From Octopus sinensis (taxonomy: Eukaryota): a stretch of 64,000 nucleotides of DNA. Location: assembly GCF_006345805.1 (NCBI RefSeq), contig NC_043001.1, positions 42,160,001 to 42,224,000 on the forward strand, in the 5' to 3' direction. Positions within the stretch are counted from its first letter, which is position 1; each line of letters opens with the position of its first letter. The translations under genes and the position numbers were made by a program. Positions 53,437 through 64,000 of this stretch are shown one piece after another. Under the pieces are notes generated by a model. The model was not told where the DNA came from, made no database searches, and worked only from the letters and a program-made list of their open reading frames with translations.

Positions 53437-53947
53437 CAGGGTGTCCCAGAATTAATTATCTATTTCATGAAATCGAGCAAATGTAAAAAAAACTGACAGA
53501 ATTTTATGCTTATTACTTAATTATATTACCAGAACAAATAGATTTATAAATCCTATTTCAAAACTTTATTGAAAATTTCCAATGTGGCCTGTATCCCTGC
53601 AAATTTTGAACCTATCCTTAGCATTGCAAAACACATTTTGAAGCATTTCAGGGGTTATCTTCTGCACTACTAACTGAATGCAATCTTTAAGTTCAGCTAA
53701 ACTATTGTTCTAGCCTGAGGATGGATGTAGAGAAAAGGATTGCAATTAAATTTAAAAAAATAAAAACTGTCATGGACAGATAAGTGGGATTCAAAAGGAA
53801 TGAAAATAAAATTATAAAAATATAAATAAAATTAAATGTTTATACACTTTTAACACATTAAACATGATAAACATAAATAAAAGTAAGTTTTTTTTTTTTT
53901 AGTAAATTGTCAGATTTCACTGAAATAGTTAACTCTGGAACATCCTG
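53437..53947 (-). mobile_element. Internally deleted Tc1/mariner element (511 bp)
   Basis: TA|CAGGGTGTCCCAGAATTAATTAT ... ATAGTTAACTCTGGAACATCCTG|TA; minus-strand remnant LAELKDCIQ..ITPEMLQNVF..RFKIC..TGHI. Confidence 0.85.
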
Positions 53948-53949
53948 TA

Positions 53950-55160
53950 TGTCTATCTATTTATATATATACATGTGTATGTATATATATATAATACTCA
54001 TGCAGATACGCACACTCTTATAAACACTAGCAGAGACACACACACACACACATACACGCACGTACACGCACACAAGCACGCGCATGTACATTACGCCCAC
54101 ACAACTCCAACCCCCCACACACGCGCATACATTCACACACACACACACACATACGTACACACACATAATACATACATACATTCATACATACATACACACA
54201 CATACATACATACATACACACTTACATATACATACACACATACACACACACATACATATACATACACACACACATAAACACATACACGCATGCACACATA
54301 CATACATACATACACATACATACACACACACACACATACATACATACATACACACACATATACACACACATACACACATACACACATACATACATACATA
54401 CATATATGCATATGGGGTTGGCTTATTGCAGGCGTGCGTCAGCGTGTGTGTGTGCCTGTGGATTCACATACACTCACACCATTTTTTTCCCATCAATCTT
54501 TCAATTATAAAGCATAGGCTTGCATACATATATATACATACATATAAACATATAAACACACATATAAACCTCTACATTTGTACACACACGCACATATATA
54601 CATATATTCACTCGCACGCACATACACACACACGCATACACATTTACATATATATACTATACACGCTCACACATACACACGTACAAACACACACAAATTC
54701 ACATACACACCGACACATATACATACACACAATTTATACCTACCCACGCACGCACACATACACATACGCACACATACACATACGTACACATACACATACG
54801 TACACACACACATACATGCACATACATACACACACACATACATCCCATACACGCACACATACACTAAGTTAAGTACAGTTACTCGCCACACACCCAAACT
54901 CTACACATACACACACACACACGATACATGTACATACATGCACACACACATACCTCTTTGTTTTTGACCTGTGCTGGACACAAAAATCACTCCTTATTCT
55001 TACAAACCGGCCTGCTACTGCCTGTTGTTCGCCATACACACACACACGCACCCACCCACACGTCATCATTGCACACATACACACACATGTGTCATCATTG
55101 CACACATACACACACACGCGCACCCGCAGACCTTCACGCACGCACACACCCACACACATT
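53950..55160. repeat. (CA/TACA)n low-complexity tract
   Basis: Seen directly; source of the HTHT ORFs. Confidence 0.9.
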
Positions 55161-55489
55161 CCTGGTCCTTACCATATTGTCTGTGAAACTCTCCTGTCTT
55201 TGAAAAACTTGATTTGTCTACCTTTCAACTTCCGTTCTTTCAACATGTGAGCTCGTGAGCACCGCCAGCAATTTTTTTCCTCTGTCTTCCCTTCTCGGGA
55301 TCTTTCCTTCTCCTTTGTTTCCAACGAAGAAACCCCCCCTTCCCTTCTTTCCTGAGCGTCCAATAATACTTTATTTGTTCCACGTCCTCGCGTTGCTGTT
55401 TTTTTTTGTGTTTTCTTGTTTGAATTAACTATATATATATATATATATCATCATCATCATCGTTTAGCGTCCGATGATGATGATGATGA

Positions 55490-55525
<36 letters not shown>

Positions 55526-55622
55526 CGGGAAGCTTTATGAAAATAAACAAAAGACGAAGGCAGGTGGAAAACAAACGAACAATTGTATTAGTATGGCGCT
55601 CAGGAAATATAAATAAAACAAG

Positions 55623-55660
55623 TCTTTAACGTTTCGAGCCTACGCTCTTCAACACAAAGA
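55623..55660 (-). ncRNA. Minimal type I hammerhead motif, degenerate core
   Basis: Minus strand: TCTTT-GTGTTGA-A-GAGC(GTAG)GCTC-GAAA-CG-TT-AAAGA. Confidence 0.55.
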
Positions 55661-55831
55661 TACACAGAGAGAGAAAAACACAGAAAGAAGGAGAGAAAAA
55701 AAATGCGTGCAGTAGCTAACGAATCAACATGGCGATCTGATTTCGGCCAGAGGTCAAAGATCAAACATGAGACGCGAGAGCGAAATAAGGGGAGATAATA
55801 GGGTTGATAAAAGGGTTGAGGGACCAGCTAA

Positions 55832-56115
55832 TAGTGCGTAGGAGGGGTTTGGATGTGTGTATGTATAGGGTTGGTGTATGTATTAGTATGTATAAGGGTG
55901 TGTGTGTGTGTGTGTGTGTGTGTATGAGAGAGTATTAGTGCGTAGGATTGGTCTGGACGTGCGTATGTATGGGGTTGGTGTATGTATTAGTATGTATTAG
56001 TACGTATTGGTATGTATAAGTGTGTGTGTATGAGAGAGTATAAGTGCGTATGCGGGGTCTGGACGTGTGTATGTATAGGGTTGGTGTATGTATTAGTATG
56101 TATTAGTTGGTGTGT
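55832..56115. repeat. ~105-bp minisatellite, ~2.7 units
   Basis: AGTGCGTA...TGGA(C/T)GTG(T/C)GTATGTAT(A/G)GGGTTGGTGTATGTATTAG recurs three times. Confidence 0.8.
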
Positions 56116-56639
56116 GTATTAGTATGGCACATCATATGTGATGTGATGTGTAAAGTCATGTGGTGTAGTGAGGAGAAGAGGGGGGGAGAAGAGGGGGGGA
56201 AGAGAATATAGTTAATCCAAACTATATATATATATATATATATATCATCATCATTGTTTAGCGTATATATTGGCAGTATTTAGGCAGTCATTTTTCATTG
56301 CTTCATAAATGCCTGTTCTTTTTATATATTTGTATTTCATTTTATTGCTCTACATTGCATTTATCATTAATGATGCTTCATTCATGTGACATGTCTTGCC
56401 AACATTTTCCCCACAAGCATGCCATATGTGTACATATGCCTATACCCTATAGAAATATATGAAACAATATCAAACCAATGTAAAACATCCTGTCTTAAAG
56501 ATAACATATTTGCACAATTATATATGTATATATATAAGCAATGCACCCAGGCAGTGCCCAGGTGTTATGGCCTACAGTCACATTGTTTTATTTGTTCCTT
56601 TCTTATGGGTAGAATTGGTACACAAGGAGTATGAAACAA

Positions 56640-56830
56640 ACAACTCTTCTTTATAAATATGTCTTTTGGTCACTTTCTGATAAACAATACTGCAGTTTCT
56701 GTCTACCAAATTCAGTCACAAGTCTGTGGTTGGCCTAGGGCTACAGTAGAAAACACTTGCCCAAGGTACCATGCAGAGGAACTGAAATTGGAACCATGTG
56801 GTTGGGAAGCAAACTTCTCAACCACAGTCA
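56640..56830 (-). mobile_element. SINE family 1, partial
   Basis: Reverse-complement similarity to the 4828 head and body. Confidence 0.65.
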
Positions 56831-56879
56831 TTCTTGCACCTATTATGTGTGTGTTTGTGTGTTAAATTGAGTATTGCGT

Positions 56880-57070
56880 CTAGCAGAGTCGCTTTCCTTG
56901 CGCGACCTGACGTCATTTTTGAGGTTATTTTTGTAGTAAAAAAGAGTTGTGCAAAAGCTGAAAGATTACTGAATCTTTTGATACCTCATACATCAAAATC
57001 GGCAGCTCAGTTTTCAAGTCCATAAGGATCATTACGCATACACACACAAACTCTGTTTTATGTATTAAGA
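56880..57070 (-). mobile_element. 191-bp mini-Helitron
   Basis: Minus strand: A|TCTTAATACATAAAACAGAG... GTCGC-9nt-GCGAC hairpin, then TCTG-CTAG. Confidence 0.75.
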
Positions 57071-57609
57071 TATAACCATGTAACCATGGAAGCAAAGATA
57101 ATGGATTTGAAAACAGTCCCTGGGTGTTTATCTAATTCATATTAGCATGGAAAATCTATAGAAGATAGCAACAGCATTTTAAGATAGAGGCCCATGGTGC
57201 AGATGAATGTTAAGAATCGATTGATGAAATGTTCTAAATTTGTGATAAATCTTCCAGCCAATGAGCCTAGTAAAAAATCTGATTTGAGAGTTTTATCTAA
57301 CCAAAGATAGTTAATCAGAGGAAAGAGGATCAATCAGGATCTGCCAATAGAAAATTATTGTCAACAGCATGACAGTGGTTTTCATTAAAAGAAGAATTAT
57401 GTTGTTTAGGTTGCAAATTTTACTATGTAAGTATTATATAAAAAAGTCATCATTAAATTGTTTCTTGTATTTATACTAAAATTAGTTTCCTTCCTATATA
57501 GGCACGTTTCAATTTTATAGGTGTGGGATGGAATTGTGATTCTTTTATATTATTGATGTACATGTAATTAATTAGCTCAACCAGGAATTGAAACTAAGTC
57601 ACAGACTCA

Positions 57610-57830
57610 ATTTGGCAAGTTGGCAGAATCATTAGAGCATTAGAAAAATGCTTAGTGGAATTTACTCTGGCTCTTTACATTCTGAGTTCAAGTTCCACCA
57701 ATCAACTTTGCCTTTCATCTTTTTGGAGTCAATAAAATAAAGTGCTTGTTGAGCACTGGGGTCGATGTAATTGACTAATCCGCTCCCTCTAAAATTCCTC
57801 ACCTTGTGCCAAAATTTGAAACAATTACTT
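57610..57830 (+). mobile_element. tRNA-derived SINE family 2
   Basis: Matches 38286-38500. Confidence 0.72.
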
Positions 57831-58217
57831 CAGTGAGTACTGCTCCTGTCAAATCTGTATATCCATTCTTCCAAATCAGGATTAATCAAAGTACTTATCT
57901 TACTACTTCTTTTGTATCACACTCCTTGTATCTGTAGACGTTTATACCTAATATTACTTTATTATGGGATTGTTTTTTCTGACCATTTATTTATATTTAG
58001 ACATATTTCATATGGTCAAACTTAACATTGATTATTGTGCAAACTTTACTTATATGTTTTGTCCTTTTCATAGATGTACAGCTTTTTTTTTTTTTTTTTT
58101 TTTTTTTTTAGATTAAAAGCAGAAAATAAATTCTGTGACATCCAAATATTGTCTTTGATATTAAAATTGTTTTGTCTTTCTAAGATGACTTAAAGTAGTG
58201 TTTAATTTCATCTTCAG

Positions 58218-58419
58218 AATGTCCTCCAATCGTCTTCATCAGCTTCATACATGTCTACTCCATTTAATAGTCCCAACTTGCCTCATTCTGAAAGAAGAAA
58301 TGATACGGCAGGTAGGGATCTAGCTGAACAGCTTGATGAAGCTATGCATTCTTTCATTAATGAAGACCCTGTACTTATACAAAACATCGAAATCCTTGCC
58401 AAAGCAGCAGAATCTGCTG
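58218..58419 (+). CDS. PEX19: PEX19 coding exon (equivalent to human exon 3): NVLQS...LAEQLDEAMHSFINEDPVLIQNIEILAKAAESA(G)
   Basis: CAG acceptor, GTAAGT donor; 202 nt, phase 0 to 1; resembles the human EKAMKELAEEEPHLVEQFQKLSEAAG segment (recalled). Confidence 0.88.
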
Positions 58420-59478
58420 GTAAGTATGGATAATTATCAGTTAAATACTTTATTTTAATATTTTCTCATATTTTCATATCCATCTTTCAATAATGATGCA
58501 GCCTTGCTAGGGCACCGGTTGATATCTAGAGGGATTTTTCCAATATTGAATGATTTGGGGGAAGAAACTAAGTAAAGTTTTAGTATGTGATTTGAGAGCA
58601 AGACTAATAAGGGCAATAAGTAGAACAGAGGACATTAAATTGGTTTAAGTGAAAGTAACTTAAAATGACTAAGTTCATTGGTGTTGAAATCATGGTAATA
58701 ATAGTTAAAGAAGCTCAGGGATGATATAACTTCATGGTGTGCGTTATGAACGTGAGTTATCTAACAAGACTTTTTTCTGGATATAGTCTTCAGTTTGGAT
58801 GAAATTTGGCAGAATTCTCAAGCAATATGCTTTTTTTTCTTTCTTTTTTTAGTAGTTTTACAAAAATAAAATGTTTTTGGATCCTAACGCAGAAGTATTT
58901 ATGATGAAATATTACCTATGTTGAAAGTATTGGGATTTTATAATGGGTTGTCACAAATTATTACACCTAGCATATGTAGGCAGACATTCTAGTACATCTG
59001 GGCTAAATTCAATAAGATTGATTCATGACATCTTGCAATTTTTTGGCTGAAGATACAAGAGAAGACTAGAAGAATTTTTTCAAGTAACTTTAAGCAAGCA
59101 TCACTACCAAAACTAACATCCAATTTTAGTTTCTAACTATTTAGAATACTATGTTGTTTCATTAAAAGTATACATACTCAGGACCAGTCAATGTAATGTA
59201 ATTAAAACTATTGAATTATATTAACTCTATACATGATAAAACAGTCAATCTCAACACACCCACCTACAAGATGTGAACATTCCCTATGAATAGAAACCAC
59301 TAAAATATCTTGTAGTTGAGAAAATTAAATTTCATTCAACAGGATTAAAAGACTAATACCATTTGCCATTACTGCTTTATTATAAAATTGAAAGGTGATG
59401 ACAATTATAATAGGATAAATAATTTTTTATTGAATGTGCCCTCTTTTTACAAGAAATAATGTAACAATTTTATTTCAG

Positions 59479-59564
59479 GTGATTCTCCTGAGGCCCAAAA
59501 GGAATTTGCAGACACACTTGCTAAAACACTAAGTAGTTTAGCCCAAAATGCAGAAGGATTACAG
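59479..59564 (+). CDS. PEX19: PEX19 coding exon (equivalent to human exon 4): (G)DSPEAQKEFADTLAKTLSSLAQNAEGLQ
   Basis: TTTCAG acceptor, GTAATT donor; 86 nt, phase 1 to 0; matches QQEFTSCLKETLSGLAKNATDLQ. Confidence 0.92.
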
Positions 59565-60049
59565 GTAATTTTTTTTTCTTAAAAGATAAGATTCAAGTAT
59601 CAAAATGTAGGAGATAAGTGAGCTTCAAGCAATCTGAAGAAAATATAGAAAACAACTATTAGGAACAATAGTGGTTTATTAATGCAGAAGGTTGTGAATT
59701 TTTCCAGTATCTAAGTTGAAAAAAGTTGTTTTATAGTTCACAGAATCTGAGTGTGTGTGCTAGTTTATATAGGGTGGTGGTGGAGGAAGTCTTGGCAAGG
59801 CGAGTGGTAATCGAAAAAGAAAGCGAGAGAGAGAGTCAGAACATGAGGGAGAAAAATATTCTTTGGGGATTTGTGTGGCATAATTTAACGAGACAGCAAA
59901 TGTTGATAGTAGTAAAATAGAATTGAAAAATCTGAGAGCCAATCTAAGACAAAATTAGAGAAATAAGTTTACTGGAAAAAAAAATTCTAAGTTCTCAATA
60001 ATTTAAAACTAAAATACATAAAATAAACTAAATTTCGATAACTTAATCT

Positions 60050-61372
60050 ATATTCATCAATTTATTTATTTATTTTATAAACACCTTGGTTTAATCCTAT
60101 TCTAATTATGTAATATACACTTCATAATCTACTGCTAATTTATACTCATTATACTACTACAAATTATAACTACAAAAATAATAACATAAATCAGGGTTAA
60201 ATATATACACAAATTAGCTAAACTTATGTAAGTAATTTAACTTATGTCTACATTTAGTTTTTCACTCATCTTGGAAATTAATTAAATTTTTATTATTAGA
60301 TAGTAATATCTCCATAAATTCATTTGTACATAGTAAACAAAAATTATTACCTATTCGATAAAATTTAGCTTTACAAACTATCTCCCAATTTAAATTATAC
60401 TTAATTCCTTTAGATTTCAATTCCCATATATATTCGCTAAGGCCAGTAAAATTAATCAATGTTTTATTCTTAAACGAATGCATGTGTTGAGCCACCCTTA
60501 ATTTTATTAGAAATCGACCCCACGTAAATCACATTTAAATTATAACTATTTGTATTAATATTATCATCAATCAAAGTCACTACACATTTATATACTACAT
60601 CATCCAAATTACATTTATTTTTAAATTTGAATTTTGTCTTATCTCTACATGTACAATTAATTATATTCTGGTCTTTATTATTATTGGAATAATTATTTAA
60701 TTTGTTACTGTAAAACTTACTAAGCTTAAATCTATTAAAAGAAGAAATGTTACCAACATTATTAGTATAGAATAACCAACTCCAAAATTATTACTAGAAA
60801 AACTTATTATATTTTTTATCTATAATGAATACTTCAATTAGTTTTAATATCTCTTTAATAATGTTTGTTTTGACTTGAGCCCCATAAGGAATAATTAACC
60901 AAATTTTGTTCTTATTATTAACATTATTTTTATTTATTATATTATTATCATTCAATTAAATTTAATTCGTTTAACGAATTAAATTTATTCTTATCTTTTA
61001 GTCTATTATTAGATTTATTTTTTGTATTATCATAATACCTATTATTAAAACCATAATTAACTAAATAAAAACTTATAATAATTCTTAATATTAGTTTTAT
61101 TATTATAAATATCATAGGAATCATTTATATTATAATCTTTTATATTATAATCATATTTATAATTATTAATGAATTTGATACTATTATTATATCCTGCCTC
61201 CCACAAGGCTTCATTATAATAAGGTGCGTGTTTTTGGAAAATCTTAAAATTAGAAGAAAGCATCAATAAAAGATATGGATTAGGTATTACTATATATAAA
61301 GAGAACTATAATGTTAATTATTTAGATGCTAATTTTAATTTAATAACAGGTAAAACCCAACCATTCCATAAA
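60050..61372 (-). mobile_element. Penelope-like element copy 2 (RT C-terminus, linker, GIY-YIG) with an inverted 5' segment, in a PEX19 intron
   Basis: KHAPYYNEALWEAGY, NCTCRDKTKFKFKNKC, GLSEYIWELK, CLLCTNE, KCRHK; homologous to copy 1; 61268-61372 is RT sequence on the + strand. Confidence 0.85.
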
Positions 61373-62859
61373 ATTATGGATATCTGGGATGTGCTGTTGA
61401 TGTTGCACATCTGAAACCATCTGTTTGCTTGATATACACTCATTCATGAAAAGACTGGTGTCATGCTTTTTTCTCTGAACTCATGAGTTGTATACCATCT
61501 CTGCTGAAGCCCAACCAAAGCACTTACCTCTCCTCTATTATTAATCTTACTGTATCTTATTAAATACTAAAGACTTTGTTCAGTCACTGCCACCCATAAC
61601 CACAGCACTTTGATGGTATTCTCCTTCCTTCCTACTTTTTCCCTTACAAACACCAATCAAAAGAAGTTCAAGCTGAACGTTAACTGCATAAATCTTACCA
61701 GTCTAAGGTCTCCCAAGATTTTGGATGATTTCTCTCTTATTCTGACTAAATAAAAATGTCCAGTTTAGATACAAGGTCAGCAATTTTGAGGAGAGATATC
61801 TAGTTAATACCATTGACTTCACTGCTTGATTGATACCTTATTTTATTGACCTCAAAGAGATGGAAGGTGACCTACTTATTAATAGTAAGTGGGCAGTCGA
61901 TTTTCTGGAGATGTCCTTAGGCTTTCTATTTGAGGCAGGCTTAAAGTATTTTGCAGTGGTTCTTCACAGAATGTTAGCTCTCTCAGTAATATATTTTGAA
62001 AGTTTAAGTACAAGCCTTTGATAAAATTAACTTTGGTGAAAATGGAAGAATAGATTAGGGTTCAAAGCTGGTGAGATGTTGACAATGAATCAAAGAATAT
62101 TGAACTCTGCTTTCATTATCTTGCAGTAGATTTGGCTGTTGATAAAATATTGTCTGCTGATGTTAGTGAGCAACACATTTCAGACTTTGAAAGCTTTGTT
62201 TTATTCATTTGGATATTTCCCGATAAACAATTTCTGTATCTTAAGTTTGTGATTGTTGAAAGCTTGGAAATTGTCATTGACTATGCCTAAATGATCTTGT
62301 CCACTTCATTTTTAGTTGTTTCTCTGAAGTATATTTTCTTTTGCTGTGCATGATCTGCTTAGGACTGGCAGTTAAGAATCAATCAGGCTTGTAGTGTAGA
62401 TAAGAGTATGAGGCTATGTCCAAAGTGAGCTAAAGATACAGAAGTAAAGGCCAAATTTGTAAATAAGGATGATGATAAGTTTCTGAGGAGAAACAGTGAT
62501 GTGAAGGTGGAAGAGGTTAGTTGATGTGTCATTGAAATAATTTTCTTTGATAGACTTTTTCCAAGATTCCAGGTGATAGTACTTTGCAAAATGCAAAGCT
62601 ATTATGAAATAGATTTCATTTCTTCATTTCACAAAAAGATGCATTGCTATTATCATCATTATAACACCCACTTTTCTATGTTTGCATGGGCTGGAAGGAG
62701 CAGATTTTCTATGGTTGAATGCCCTTCCTGTTACCTACCCTCACCTATTTCAAAACAAAGTAATATTTTCCCTATGGCCAAAAAGATTCTTACAGAACAT
62801 TGGAAATGAATGACACTATTTGTATAACAATGGCATTCATTTACAACTATCACATGATG

Positions 62860-63015
62860 TCAAGACAAGGAGATATACCCACACACACACAAAACAGACT
62901 TCTTTCAGCTTCCCTCTACCAAATCCACAAGGCTTTGGTTGACTCCAGGCTAAAGTAGAAAACACTGAACCCAAAATCATGTTTTTGGGAAACATACTTC
63001 TTAACCACACAGCTA
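62860..63015 (-). mobile_element. SINE family 1, partial
   Basis: Reverse complement of a head ending ...TAACCACACAGC and of the body TACCAAATCCAC. Confidence 0.6.
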
Positions 63016-63302
63016 CGCATGCATTAAAAAGGGATATGTATGAAATACTTAATAAATTTTTCTTTAAACTTTACCAAAATTTTCATCTTTTACTCTTTCA
63101 AAATTGTTCAACGGCTTTTTAAATTCATATTATTTATTTTTAATTTTCTATTTTATTAATAGTATATTTTGACAAATAACCAAACCACAGCTAAAAAAAA
63201 AAAACATTTGGTGTTGAAGTGGAACTTTTCTTGTGACTTTTGTATGCATTGCATTTCACTTTCAGAAGCATTTAAAAAAGAAAACTGGATTTTCTTTTTC
63301 AG

Positions 63303-63500
63303 GATCAGTTAAATGAAGAGGGTCTAAATCAAGCATTCAACAATCTTGGCCTAAACCCAGGAGGAGGCATTGATGGTGGAGGGAATAGCAGTGGCAGCAG
63401 TGGGAACAATCCAGATATTCTGCCTGTCATGCAAAACATGATGAAAACCCTTTTATCAAAGGAAGTTTTGTATCCCTCCTTGAAAGAAATTTCTCAAAAG
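63303..63500 (+). CDS. PEX19: PEX19 coding exon (equivalent to human exon 5): DQLNEEGLNQAF...DILPVMQNMMKTLLSKEVLYPSLKEISQK
   Basis: Polypyrimidine tract plus CAG, GTAAAC donor; 198 nt, phase 0 to 0; hallmark LLSK(D/E)VLYPSLKEI of the Pex19 C-terminal domain. Confidence 0.95.
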
Positions 63501-64000
63501 GTAAACTTCCTTTCTTGCAATATTGTAAATATTTTGAGAAACTGAAAGACTGTAACTGATTTTTCTGTAAAGAATATGCTATTCTAGCAAAGGAAGAACA
63601 TTACATATGCATGTATGTGATGCCTAGGTTTTGTACAATAAAGAAGCAAAAGATATTGTATATATTTTTGTGGTTATATTATGAGAATGTGGTGTTCGAC
63701 AATAAACCTATAAAAATGTGCCACAAGAGATGTGATATTGCTACAATCTTCACAAGTGTCTCATAGAAGAAGCCATTATGATAAGTCCTAATGTTGAGTT
63801 GTATATGGAAGTTAAATTTTGTATATGAACGTCTGAGTGTGTGTGTTTGTGCTTTTGTTACATATGTTATTAAACACACACATACATCTACACGTACATA
63901 TACATATGTGACGAGAATGGCTGGAGGTGAAGCTCTTGACAAAAAACAATTAGGTGGCAAGTCCAAAGTATATCAAAATACACATCTGTCATTCAATTAA

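Noticed and set aside
55300-55345. CCAACGAAGAAAC, possibly a hammerhead with stem II deleted
   Set aside because: Insufficient structure remains.

Overview
AT-rich, microsatellite-laden animal genomic DNA. The SINE and RTE families, (TA)n/(CA)n tracts and huge introns point to a coleoid cephalopod, most likely Octopus (inference). The only host gene I can support is PEX19 (+ strand): four phase-consistent coding exons at 51228-51346, 58218-58419, 59479-59564 and 63303-63500. Its first coding exon was not found and the 3' exons lie beyond the window. The rest is layered mobile DNA: CR1/L2-like, RTE and R4/Dong-like LINEs, two Penelope-like elements (RT plus C-terminal GIY-YIG), Tc1/mariner elements, a hAT MITE, several Helitrons, tRNA-SINEs and foldback repeats. 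Nearly all listed ORFs are microsatellite or TE artefacts. Best leads: (1) a clean type I hammerhead ribozyme at 16449-16540 inside a 565-bp direct-repeat-bounded unit in a TA tract (retrozyme-like); (2) a compound Helitron (two 5' ends, a 166-bp tandem array, a helicase fragment) whose exact removal restores the Penelope reading frame at the junction; (3) an in-frame UGA at a conserved Cys of that Penelope element (selenocysteine is possible, decay is more likely); (4) a twin-priming-like 5' inversion in the second Penelope copy. I found no evidence for a wholly new multi-gene system, and no CRISPR, rRNA or true tRNA genes.
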